Shown piece by piece: positions 26,229 through 38,880 of a DNA stretch of 64,000 nt. Under the pieces are notes generated by a model. That model did not search any database and was not told the origin of the DNA. It was given only the letters and a program-made list of their open reading frames with translations. Position numbers and translations under genes: made by a program. This stretch comes from Heptranchias perlo. Its lineage: Eukaryota. Within the stretch, counting starts at the first letter, position 1, and every line of letters starts with the position of its first letter. The stretch is from assembly GCF_035084215.1 (NCBI RefSeq), contig NC_090340.1, positions 14,942,001-15,006,000 on the forward strand, written 5' to 3'.

Positions 26229-28093
26229 GGGGATAAAAATCGAAAGGGTCCGTTTTTGGGTGCAGGTCGCGTGATGCGCTATTACCCTGCACCCAATGGC
26301 CCCTGCGCAGGCAGGACGCACGTTTGGACCCACCCGAGGACTTACCAGCTGTCAGCGTTCCTTTCCAGTCCTTGCACGTGGAATTAATGCAATTCGCACT
26401 TTCCACCAACAGAGGGCGGTCAATCTCTTAAAAGGAGGACGTTTCTTCGAAATCTCTTAAAGGTAGCTGCTCCCTGTTATTTGGAAAATAACAGTCGACT
26501 GTCTGAACGGAGATCAGACTTTGGACACGTAAAACATAGATGTAGGTCCCCTCTCCTATGTTTACACAATGATGAGCTATTTTAAAACATTGAATAAAGG
26601 TTGCACACTACTAAATCCCACATCTTCCAATCTGCACGAGAGACCGCACCAATCCTCCATGCTGAGTTGTTACCAGGCCTGCGAGTGTGCATGCACCAAG
26701 GTTCTCTGTTGATGCACTGGAGACCTTGTGTGCAAGAGGTGGACAGAAGCAGGGACATCCTAATTTCGCAGGCAGGGGGTGGGGGTGGTGGTGGGTGGGG
26801 TTGCGGGGCAAGAGGCCCTCCGGCCATATGCTCATAAGGCAGTGGCAGGATGCGGGGGACAGTGAGCAGTGAAGTCAATGCCAAGCGCACAGCATCATGA
26901 ATATGGAGGCAGTGCAGGAAGAAGTTCAATGGTTTGACATGAGTGGTCAAGGTGAGTGAGGTCAAATATCAAGTGGCGTCTCCTAACAACTGCACCACAC
27001 ACCACACCCTCCATTCCCCACATACCAATAAACTTTTTCCATCACTACTCAACTCTTTCAATCAGAAGCTTCCTCTCACCCTTACACATTTTCACTGTTT
27101 CAAGCCACCCACCCACAACTCACAGGCCACACACACTGGCAGCTATTCAACCATGACAGGCACATCACCGAGACACATGTCCCACTTTCTTGCAGGAGAA
27201 GGTGGCACATATCAAGGCACAACAAGTGGCAGTGGAATTTAGCTCGTGGAGCCAGTCCCGCCATTCATTGAGATCATGGTGGCACTGTGACCCAACTCCA
27301 TATACCCACCTCAGCCCCATATCCATTAATACGTTTGCTTCACAGAAACCTATTAATCTCAGGTTTAACATTCACAAGTGAGCTCGCATCAACCACCTTT
27401 TGCAGAAGAGCATTCCAAATCTCCCCCACCCTTTGTGTTTAGAAACATTTCCTAACTTCACTCCTGCACATCCTGGTTCTAAATGTTAGGCTATGTCCCC
27501 GCGTCCGAGTATTGAAGTCTAGGAGACCTCCAAAAGCAGTAACAAATGTCTCAGCAGCCAGAAGCAATAATCCAGCAACTAACCTGTAAATCCTGCATGA
27601 CCCCTTTAAAAAGCGCTGGTGGGTGGTTCTCCAGGCACTCGAAGACACGTTCAGATGGTCGGGGTTAAGACCGTGCATTGATTTGGGCGTGAAGTCCCAA
27701 AATGGTGTCTATCATTTTAAATCATCGTTGCACACTAATTTTCCCTACTTTACCTGATTCCAGCGTTCCTTATCAGTGTCTGCGCTAACTCCTATACCAA
27801 GATGTCATTTGGTGCACGTCATGATGGAAACGTGTGTGCGCATCGAAGACACCATCTTGGATGTCAGAGAGTCCGTGGAGCGCTGAAGCAACGGGCGCTA
27901 CACCGCCCATTTTAACACCCAGCGAGCCCCCCACCCTTTTCTTTATCTGCGCATGCGTAATAATCTTTAACAAGATGGCGTCCCGCGCACGTCACGCTGG
28001 ACGGGCGTGCGCGCATTCCATACGCCATTGTGGGACATCAGGAGGCCGCGTTCTGCTTGAACAACGGGCGTTGTACGGCCGAATTTATAGCCC
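26229..28093 (+). mobile_element. Non-autonomous PIF/Harbinger-derived DNA transposon with Myb/SANT gene remnant and an internal CR1 3' fragment
   Basis: APRFSVDALE..VQEVDRSRDIL..WRQCRKKFNGLT.VVK|gtgagt, then ttgcag|EKVAH. Termini are ggggataaaaatcg and cgaatttatagccc. Confidence 0.7.
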
Positions 28094-28797
28094 TGTGTAT
28101 CTTGAATTCTTTAAAATAAACGTCCACGTCCAGGGATCCAAGGATTAAAAGGAAAGTTTGAATCACTTTTGCTTCCTGTATGCTTTATTTTTACAAGACA
28201 TTGCAATTGAATCATCTGCTGAAATGGAGGTATTCCTGGAAAGAGAAGGGGATTTGGATTTGCCAATCAAGAGAGGAATAAATCGATATACATCCACAGT
28301 CTGACGTGGGTTGAACCGAGCATCTCCAACCATTTGAATTAAAGACTGGATTCCAAAGATAGCCTGTTGTAAACGGTGTGGGTATTCTTTTGTAACCAGT
28401 GTCGAATGTCTACTTTCTCTCTTGAACAAGTTATAAACATTAGAACTGTGGTCAGCATTCCATGATTGTTTATGTGAAGGGAGAGGCGTGCAGCACAGAA
28501 GGTGGAAGACTGCCAAAGTAAGGATTGACGCTATTCGGTTAATTATGTTTTCTTGCTGTGACTGTCCAAATGTAAGGAGGACAAAACAATTTAAAGTTAT
28601 GGATGGAGCAACTGTGTGGGGGAATATCGTTGAGAATTACAATGAGTTTTATAAAGGCATGGACTGTTTAGGTACTAAAGGAAATGAAGCAAGTGCTTTA
28701 AAACCCGCATTGAACTTATGAGAAATATTTGGCAAAGACGTAAATTATATAATCAGCGGGGAAAAAGTAGATGAATCAATATATTTTAAGCAAGCAA

Positions 28798-29555
28798 ATC
28801 ATAGAATGATAGAAAGATTACGGCACGTAAGGAGGCCATTCAGCCCATTAAGCCTGCAAGTACCACTCCCCCCACCTTTCCCCTTAGCCCTACAATTTTT
28901 TCACCTTCAGGTACCTATCTAAATCCTTTTTGGAAGCTACAATTGAACCTGCTTCCACTACCCTTTCAGGAGTGACTTCCAGATCCTAACCACTAGCTGC
29001 GTAAAAAGGTTATTCCTCATGTCACCTTTGGTTCTTTTGCCAATCACCTTAAACCTATGTCCTCTGGTTCGCAACCCTTCCACCAATGGGAACAGTTTCT
29101 CTTTATTTACTTTGTCTCTACCCTTCATGATTTTGACCACCTCTATCAAATCTCCTCTCAACCTTCTCTGCTCTAAGGAGAACAATCCCTGCTTTTCCAG
29201 TCTAAACACATAACTGAGGTCCCTCATCCCTGGAACCATTCCAGTAAATCTTTTCTGCACCCTCTCAAAGGCCGTCACATCCTTCCTAATCTACGGTGCC
29301 CAGAATGCGACAAAATACTCCAATTGTGGCCGAACCAGTGTTTTATAAAGGTTCAACATAACATCCTCGCTTTTGTACACTTTGCCTCTATTTATAAAGC
29401 CCAGGATCCCGTATGCTTTTGTAACCACTGTCTCAACCTGCCGTGCCTCCTTCAACGACCTGTGTATATTACCACCCAGGTCTCTCTGCATCTGCACCGC
29501 CTTTAGAGTTTTACGCTTTATTTTGTAGGCCTCTCCTCGTTCTTTCTAACAAAAT
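28798..29555 (-). mobile_element. CR1 3' fragment
   Basis: LYKTLVRPQLEY and FTQLVVRIW motifs. Confidence 0.85.
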
Positions 29556-29662
29556 GTAAATACTGCAGATGCTGGAAATATGATATAAAAAAGAAACGGC
29601 TGGAGGTCAGGCAACATCTGTGGAGAAGAAAAAAAATAAGCATTACGTTTTTCGTCAGAACC
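29556..29662. mobile_element. Penelope-like element terminal-repeat fragment
   Basis: aatactgcagatgctggaaat...ggtcaggcaacatctgtggagaag resembles a common shark Penelope-associated repeat (recalled, not searched). Confidence 0.55.
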
Positions 29663-30244
29663 GCCAAAAAATTAAAGCGTTGGTGTTCATAACTAAAAAA
29701 AGGACAAAATAATCACTTAAGAAACAGTCGGGTGCTTTTCTGGGAAGCAATGGACTTTTCTAGATCAATGAGGTCGCAAGTAAATGGATGAGTCCTGGGT
29801 TATGATGCAAAGAAGAGCGTTCTATCTGTAACATAACGCAAAGAAATAAAAATTAATCCGATTGAGTTCATAAAGCGAATTATCAATCGTTATTATTATG
29901 TCCATTTATGTTAGTAAATTTGGCGCGTGCACGAGTTGGTGTGCATACTTGATTTTCCTTGTGAGGGCCATACACGAACATAATCACAAGCAGTTACAAC
30001 GCTTTCGGTTGTCTCCCATTCACCTCTTGTTATGACGTTCAACTATTGCAAACATGCAGCCTATGAGAAGATAGTGTCTGGTATTACCTCCTGTTGTGTT
30101 CCAGATGAAGCACACTTGTCTGCATCGTAACCCAGGATTCATCCAGTGTACTACCTCAACTTTCCCCCACAAACCAGAATATTTTCCAATTCATCACCCC
30201 TCATGCGCTTTTTAACCGTAATTACAATGGGAGTCCAGCCCTCC

Positions 30245-31720
30245 CGGAACAGGAGTGGGCCGTTTAGCCTCTCAAGCCAGTTCCATCCTTCATTTAGATC
30301 ACAGGTGATTTGTACCTTAACTCCATTCACCCATCTTGGTTCTGTAACCCTTGAGACCCTTACCTAACAAAAATCTATCAACATTAGTTTTGAAATTTTC
30401 ATTGACCCCCAGCTTCAACAGCTTTTTGGGCTTGAGAGTTCCAGATTTCCACGGCCCTTTGTGCGAAGAAGTGCTTCCTGGCTCCACCCCTGAACGGCCT
30501 AGCTCTAATTTTAAAGTTGTGTTCCCTTGTTCTAGACTCCCCACTGTCGGATACAGTTTCACCCTATATACCCTGTCAACTTCTTTAATCATCTTAAACA
30601 CGAAAATTAACACACCCTTAACCTTCTACACTTAAGCGGATACAAGCCTAGTGCATGGAACCAGTCATTAGAATTTAACCCTTTTAGCCCAGGTATCATT
30701 CTGGTGAATCTTGGCTGCACCCTCTCCAAGGTCAAATATCCCATCTGAGATGCAGGGCCCAAAACTGAACGCAGCACTCTAAATGGAGTCTAACCAGAGC
30801 TTTGTATAACTGTGATATAACTTCCACTCCTTTGTATTCTAGCCGCCCTGAGATAAAGGCCAACATTCCATTAACCTTTTAAATTATTTCCTGTACCTGT
30901 CTATTAGCTTTTAGTGATTTCTGTACTTGGACCCCTAAATCTCTCTGCTCCTCCACAGGTCCTAGTTTCCCACCATTTGATGACTTCATACTTCCCCGCA
31001 TTAAAATCCATCTGACACAGTTTTACCCATTCACTTTATCAATTTCTCATTGCAACTTTCTTCTCCCATCTATTATATTTAATGTGCCACCTAACTTGGT
31101 GTTGTCAGCAAACTTGTTACTGTCAGCAAACATACGGCTGTCAATTTCTTCATCGAAATCATTAATAAATATCGTGAAAAGCTGAGGCCCCAAGTACGGA
31201 TCCCTGGAGAACACCACTCGTCACATTCTGACAATTTGAATACATACCCATTGTTGCTACTCTCTGTCTCCTACCTTGTAACCAATTCCCTATGCATATC
31301 CATAGGTTGCCTCTAATTCCATTTGCTCTCACTGTTGCTAACAGTCTCTTATGTGGAACCTTGTCGAATACCTTCTGGAAGTCCATATAAATAACATCCA
31401 TGGTCACTCCCTCATCTACCACCTTAGTTACCTCCTCAAAAAATTAACTTGGTGCGTTAGACATGACGTAACTTTTTCAAATGCATGCTGGCTCTCTCTG
31501 ATCAGTTCATATTTGTCCAAGTGCTCAGTCACTCTGACCCTAATAACAGATTCTAGTAACTTCCCCACAACGGACGTTAGACTATTAGGCCCATAATTTA
31601 CTTGTTTATCTCTTCTACTCTAATAAATGATGGAATGACTTTGGCAATTTGCCAATCGAAGAGGACAATTCCTGAACCAAGAAAGTTTTGGAAGATCATC
31701 TACAATTTCCTCACCTACTT
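30245..31720 (-). mobile_element. CR1 5'-truncated copy
   Basis: IYMDFQKVFDKVPH and GVLQGSVLG motifs. Confidence 0.85.
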
Positions 31721-33244
31721 TTGCCCAGTGTCCTGTCCCTGTGGTGGTTCGAGTCGGAAGTCATGATGTCACATCAGGAGAAGAACTACGCAAAATCTTC
31801 TCCATGATCGCCTCCATCCTACAGTTCGAAGGTATAAAACACTGTAATAAGGGATAACGTTAATTAACAGCATTCCTCTTAAAATAGTTATAATTATGGG
31901 GAAATTTTATGTAAAAATCCATCACTGTTGCTAAATTCTATTTACGTTTTAACTAACTGGCCAGAAATTACATTTCGGAATCCCATGTGATCAGCGGAAC
32001 ATCGTTGCGTACATGAAGAAATTTCATGGGAGGGATTTAACCAATTCACTGCAGCAGAAATGCAGGAGAAAAAAAATAAAACGCTAGTTAATGTATTTCG
32101 AAAAACACACCTGCTGTTTGATCCACATTTAGTATAATGTCGGAAAATGTGAAGAATGGAACAGGTTTTGCGTCTTAAGGCGGCGCGATTATACATTCTA
32201 GATTTCACCACTGGAGATATTAAGAAATGTTACAGGGCAAGTAATAAAGTCGTGGTTGAATATGGACATTTCATGTTGTTGCATATGCGGCGTTTTTGCA
32301 GAATGTTGATATGAACAGAACCAAATTTAATACTTGAACTGCTGCTCTGGAGAGGCGAACTGATGAGCCATGTTCTTTATTTAGATGGGGAAAGTGGTGC
32401 GCTTGTATCACTACTAAACAACAAGTTTCAGTACTGCAAAAACCACATGGCCAAAACCTTCGCTATTTGCCTACATTTCATCAGAATACATGATAAATCG
32501 AACATACTGACATTTCACGCTTCTATATCTGGATTGCGTTATATTGCGAGTTATCTAATTAATTCATAGCCCGAATATGCATTCTCCAATTTGAAACACT
32601 ATTATTAGATAAGGAAATCGATTCTAAAAAAAACAGAATTATAGGTAAACAGTTGCTGAACATTTACGATATTTTTTCCGACTGTCTCATAGTGGAACAT
32701 TTGGTATTGTAAGCATGAGCCTGCTTGCTAATGCCTATTGTCACCCGACCCAGGTATTTAGGCGATCCACTCTGTTCACGTCATCACATTTAAATTCAGA
32801 ATAAAAACTGCTTATTCAAACGTTGCCAACGGGAACATAAGGCTATCAATCCTGAGTTCGCTTTCAGCCTGATACGTCCAAAATGATATCTGAATTATTT
32901 AGTTTATTGACGTCATTTTGCCACCAAACAAGCACACAAAATAGCATTGTCAAATCTGAAGCGATTAAAGTGGGTTTGACCTTATGCCCAGGAACAACAG
33001 CCAATTGGACTCAATTTTAGGTGTGATTTCCTCCCTAAACCTTGCCCAATTTACCTTTTGGGACGGGAAATACAGAGGACTGAATTTATACTGTGGTCTA
33101 CGATCTGCTACTGCAATTAATTTGATCGGACAGCGACCATGGGAGTGAAATTCAGCCTTGGCGGGGGCGCAGAATGGGCGATGGTGTGCACCCTGTCAGA
33201 TTTTCCTACTCGCAGAAAGTCAAAATCGACCCCAGTGTCCTATT

Positions 33245-33429
33245 GGAGTATAAATTCGCCTTGTGCATTAGCGCAAATCGGGCGCTAGCGAATCGTCATT
33301 CCGTTTTGCACTTTGCACGATTATTTTCCATTGAAGTAAATGGACAGGAAAATCAGGCCGAGTGCAAAACCGGCTGCCGATTCGCTTCGGCCCGTTTTTG
33401 CGCTACCGCTCAAAAAGAATTTATAGCCA
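33245..33429. mobile_element. Hairpin MITE with Harbinger-type termini
   Basis: gagtataaattc ... gaatttatagcc inverted ends and internal dyad symmetry centred on ccattgaagtaaatgg. The end matches the element termini at 28093 and 50492. Confidence 0.7.
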
Positions 33430-33619
33430 GTAGTGAGACCTAACTCCAATTTCAGGCTACATTTGTATTATAAGTGCAGCTTTCAAGTCGCTACAAGTGT
33501 AATGTAAATGCACCGTAAGAGATGACTTTTGATAATCTGGGCTACAAGTTTGAGATAGATCTGTAAACTTATTCCACAGTTCTGACAAGTGCAGTTCGTG
33601 TCCCATTATTCAGAAATTG

Positions 33620-35127
33620 TCTTGCGTGAGTTTTAAGGAAAACGCAAAGATGTTTGATAAATACAAAAAGAGCAAGAAGTTAACTAATGAAAGAGTAAGG
33701 CCTATTAGGGACCAAAGAGGTAACCTCTGTGTGGAGGCGAAAAACGTGGGTATGGTTCTTAATGAATATTTTGTGTCTGTCTTCACAAAAGAGAAGAAGG
33801 ATGGAGACATTGTAGGTAAGGAGGAGTATGAAATATTGGATGGGATAAAAATAGAGAGAGAGGAAATATTAGGGGGATTAGCATCTTTGAAACCTTGGAT
33901 TTGTTAAGGGATGGTCGTATCTGACTAACTTGATTGAATTTTCTGAGGAGGCAACAAGGAAGGTCGATGAGGGTAACGCATTTGTTGTAGTGTACATGGA
34001 TGTTAGCAAGGCTTTTGTCCAGGCCTCACATTGCAGACTGGTCAGAAAAGTAAAAGCCCATGAGATCCAAGGGAAAGTGGGAAGTCGGATCCAAAATTGG
34101 CTTAGTAGCAGGAAGCAAAGAGTAATGGTCCACAGGTGTTTTTGTGACTGGAAGGCTGTTTCCAGTTGGGTTCCACAGGGCTCATTACTAGGCCCCTTGC
34201 TTTTCGTGGTATATATCATTGATTTAGACTTAAATAGAGGGGGCATGATTAAGAAGTTTGCAGATGATACAAAAATATGGCAAAAGATATCAAGGACTGG
34301 TCAGGTGGGCAGAAAAGGAGCAAGTTAATTTCAATCCAGAGAAATGTGGGGTAATGCATTTGGGGAGGGCAAACAAGGTTAGGGAATACACAATAAATGG
34401 TAGGATACTGAGAAGTGTAAAGGACGAGAGGAACCTGGGAGTGCATGTCCACAAATCCCTGAAGGTAGCAGGACAGGTCGATCAGATGGTTAAGAAGGCA
34501 AATGGAATACTTTCCTTTATTAGCCAAAAAATCGAATGGAAGAGCAGGGAGGTCATACTAGAACTGTATAAAACACGATTTAGGCCAAAGTTCGAGTACT
34601 GCTTACGGTTCTGCTCACCATATTACAGGAAATATGTGATTGCACTGGAGAGGGTACAGAGGCGATTTATGAGCATGTTGTCAGGAAAGGAGAATTTTAG
34701 CTATGAGGAAAGATTGGATAGGCTTGTTTTTTTTCCTTGGAACCGAGGAGGCTGAGGGGAGATTTAATTGAGGTGTATAAAATTATATGGGGCAGAGATA
34801 GAGTTGAAAGGAAGGATCTATTTCCCTTAGCAGAGGGGTCAATAACCAGGGGGCAAAGATTTAAAAGTAATTGGTAGAAAGATTAGAGGGGAGATGAGGA
34901 TAATTCTTTTCACCCGAAGGGTAGGGGGCGGGAGGGTTCTGGATCTCACTGTCTGAAAGGATGGTAGAGGCAGAAACCTTCATCACATTTAAAAAATACT
35001 TGGATATGCACATGAAATGCGATATCCTACGGACCAAGAGCTGGGAAGTGGGATTAGGCTGGGTAGCTCTTTTTTGGCTGGCACAGAATACCCTCCTTAT
35101 GTGCCGTACATTTCTATGATTTTATGA
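33620..35127 (+). mobile_element. CR1 copy with internal deletions
   Basis: VPQGSLLGPLLF and KFADDTK motifs, with tail tttctatgattttatg. Confidence 0.85.
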
Positions 35128-35809
35128 ATTTGATTCTTCACAACTGGAACTTCCGTAACCATAATTTGGATTGGTTGCTGCAAGATAGTAACAGAATATT
35201 AAATCAAAATGCAAATGTTCGGTTTTTAATCAATCAAATTATTGCCTCTGGAGCATTGTGATTTGTTTATTTCAGAGTTTATTTTGTTAATCGCTGGAGG
35301 ACTCCCATTGGCCCTGCTCGCCGAATCGGGGGTTCTCTAAGAACAGGGATATAATGCAAAGTAATTTTAGAATGGAAATTGATTAAGCAGCATTCAGGCA
35401 GACCAGGAATCTGGGAGCATTCGGAAGATTAGAGTTTTAAAAGTATTGGGATTGTGGTCTAGCTGTTCATTGAGGATCTCGGGTCTGTCTGCATTGAGAG
35501 AGTGCCCAAGTATTCTGGCAACACTCAAGAGAGAGATAATGGCAATAAACTGCAAGGCCTGACTTACGGGATGTCAGTGAGATGGATGTTGGGTTGTGCT
35601 CAGCGTCCGGCAGCAATGGCGGCAATTCTAGAATCACGGAGCTTTCGAAATGTAGTTGAATGGTTTGGGAGCACTGGAAGGTGTGGGGGTTGGGGGGGGT
35701 GTCTCAGATCTGACAGTGCGGTCAGCAAGTCCGAGAAGGGGAGCCGCAGGACCCAGCATGACTGAGACAGTGGTTTGGGAACACCGGAGGACAGGACCCC
35801 GGCAGTATT

Positions 35810-36032
35810 CTTTTATTCGTTCATGGGATGTGGGCGTCGCTGGCGAGGCCGGCATTTATTGCCCATCCCTAATTGCCTTTCAGAAGGTGGTGGTGAGCCG
35901 CCTTCTTGAACCGCTGCAGTCCGTGTGGTGACAGTTCTCCCACAGTGCTGTTAGGAAGGGAGTTCCAGGATTTTGACCCAGCGACGATGAAGGAACGGCG
36001 ATATATTTCCAAGTCGGGATGGTGTGTGACTT
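35810..36032 (-). mobile_element. 3' tail of the LINE family at 6288-8502
   Basis: Near-identical to 6300-6520. Confidence 0.9.
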
Positions 36033-38217
36033 GGGTGCTGTTGAGATCTGGCAACAATGGGGAAGCAAGATCTTGCAACTTTGCAGTGAATTGGGGGCCC
36101 AGAAGAATAGGACCTAAACTGCCTTTGGTCCCTTTTATACCATCAGACCCCAACTTAACACTATCTTCCAGGCTCGCTCCCAAAGGTCCTCTACCATTCG
36201 TCCCGTTGGCAGCCAATCTCTGCCTTAAAGCACCTAACTATAACTTTTCTGCTTCTTGCAATTAATGGGCAGCATGGAGCGGAGGTGACATTTTCACAAT
36301 ATTCTCTTTCAGCCTATGCCAGGCGCACAAGTGTGAAGAGTTTATCCTTTAGTTCATACGCCAGCTTACTAGCCTTGACATTCCACAGCGATACTCCCAG
36401 TCTTTCAGCCATTTGTACCGTTTCTCTAATGTTTTTGCCCGTCTCCTGCCGAAGTAATAGCAGATCAGGATAACGCACACGGAATTTCATGGTACAGTCT
36501 TTCATAAGCATAACATTTTGATTGTGGAAACCACAGTCACAAGGTTGCAAATCACAGAGTCTGTCTCTCACTGGTGTTATCTAAGCAGTTCAAAACAGAG
36601 AACAGCATCTCTTAATAAATGTTGCCACTTTCATGAAATAAATATTTGAGAATTCAATCTTAATTTTATTTCAAAGTCCTTTGGAAAAAGCAAAGACATT
36701 CTGAAATCCTCACGGACTTTCTCGGGAATCAATGGAATATAATTAAGCAAATAATTGGAATGTTTACTCAATATCCATGTCCGTGATTTCAAATATTTTT
36801 TTCTTGTAAGTGGAAAGCCTTGCATCATTCGCAATGTCACATTTATCCGACAGCGTTTGGAATCCCGGCCCCTCTAACGATCTGCAATCATATGCAGCCA
36901 CTCCGGGCTTCACTCAGACGAGTTACAGCTCGCAATGGACTGATATTAAAAGTGACGACGTACGAAGGCAGATTTCACATATCAACTCCTCTAAAATGAA
37001 TATTTCTGCTCTCACTACCGAGATATTCCGACCCATTTATGAGATGATTCTGTGACGATCGCTGCACTTCAAAATGCCTAACGTATTGCTGTTTGCTGAA
37101 ATCGCCAATCGCTGATTCTGAGGCACCGGACAACGCTGCTTTCAGTTTTCAGTGATGCACCAGTTCTTCTCCCTTTGTGTCACCTGGGAACGTCTCGTTC
37201 TCCCTCTGAAGTTTTGTAAAAGAAACAACAGAAAATGTAAAGGTGTGTTTCATTATTTTTAAAAGTGGCATCGCGTCCCAGTGATGATCATAACCATTAG
37301 AAATGCGAATCTAGAAAATACACACCCAGAAACCCTGATGTAAGAAAGCATGCCGCCACAATCTACAAGACGTCAGCATCTAAATCCCGCTCCCGTTGCT
37401 TCTTTGTGAGTGAACAGTCCAAAGCTTGGTGAAATCTGTTTGTGATGTTTATCCAAGGATAAAAAGCGATTTCGCAATAAATCCTTGACTGCCAGAACCT
37501 AATTTTCCCTGTGGCAGCTTTTCAGAAATTTCCTGCGTAAATGCACCTTATGTGTTTTGTTTAACCCATTTTGTAGTCCAGTTCTGATTGAATTGTATGG
37601 AATCCATGGATCAACGCGAGAATCACATTGCTCTTGCATCGCATCACATCGGGAAATATGCAAAACAGGATTTCATCCAATGTCTTGCAGATAACGGCAC
37701 TGTGTATGACATGCGTTCGATAAAGCCTGGTTTAACCCCTTGTGGTCAGTTTCTATCTTTACTGCTTTAAATAATACACTTCCAGTGTCTTGCCGCGTCT
37801 TCCTGCTTCTTTATATTCCCTTACGCCTAAAGGAATGTATTATTGCTTTTAGCCTGAACACATTAGTCTAACGATGTGTCCTTGGAGAAAACGAGAGCAT
37901 GGATTGGGCATTCTGCATAATCTTCGATGCACCATCCTGCATTTGCAGGTAATTGCTAACCCCTACACCCTTGTGGCACAATGACTATGCAGGTTTCGAT
38001 TCATAGGGGATTTTCTTCTGCTTATGAAACCATCGTTTCTGCAGTGGGCTAAAGTTACAAGTATTGAAAGTTCAGTCTGTTACAATCTATTTCCTGAATC
38101 GGCAGCCATATGCCCAACGTCACTGCGACACAATTCGTATTACACAGTCCGCAACCACCTTTACATTACCAAATCCATGCACAGTGCGGGAGCAATCACC
38201 TTACTCCTTTGCTCAGA

Positions 38218-38880
38218 ATGTTGACGAGTTTTGTATTTCTCCTGAAGATCATTTACACAGGTACCTACAATTCTATAACCCAGCTGCCTCGATAAACAAA
38301 AACATGTGAAATGGTTTCCGCTGAATCACCATGAAATTCAAATCTCTCCCAATTTTGCTGATTTCTTTGTTTCATCCTCACGACGTATCTAATAAAATTA
38401 ACCAAACTTTGAATCTATTGCCTCACAGCCGCTTCTAATATTTCGATCAGTCACAACTTCTTGGACACGCGATTAGATTCCGAGGGACACACATCACCTA
38501 CTGTATATTCCACTCAACACAAATTCAGTGAAATTTAGTTAATCTTCGCGATGCTTCTTCACCTCTTACATTTGTAGCTAGAAGTGTGTTCCAAAGTGTT
38601 TGGTTTTGCGTCCAATGCAATTAACCACGGATATTTTCTAACATCTGCGGCGCATACTTCGATCAGAGTGGCTCAAATTCCCGAACATGTGATTGCATTA
38701 AGAGGGACAGACATCGTGTCCTACTGTGTAATCTCCCTCTCTCAGGACAACTCTTGAATAGACGTGTGTTGGTGGAAACAGGTTGAGAATGGACCTGCAA
38801 AGTGTAACGGATAACAGAAAATGATTTGGTCTGAAAGTTAAAGAAGGCGGTTTCTTTCATTTGCTGAACGCGACTTTAAG
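38218..38880 (+). pseudogene. Pseudogene paralog of the VJ-C1 receptor: leader exon (38218-38260) and truncated V exon (38645-~38880)
   Basis: Leader MLTSFVFLLKIIYT-G|gtacct parallels MSASMVFLCLTLRGIIYT-G|gtacct. V remnant reads AAHTSIRVAQIP..YCVISLSQDNS*IDVCWWKQ..FGLKVKEGGFFHLLNAT. The acceptor is mutated (ctaacat), there are stops and a frameshift, and the exon is cut by a CR1. Confidence 0.88.

Noticed and set aside
28198-28517. Degenerate exon (acceptor-like start, gtaagg end) or the 117-aa minus ORF
   Set aside because: Stops occur in the plus-strand frames I read and no domain motif is recognisable on either strand.
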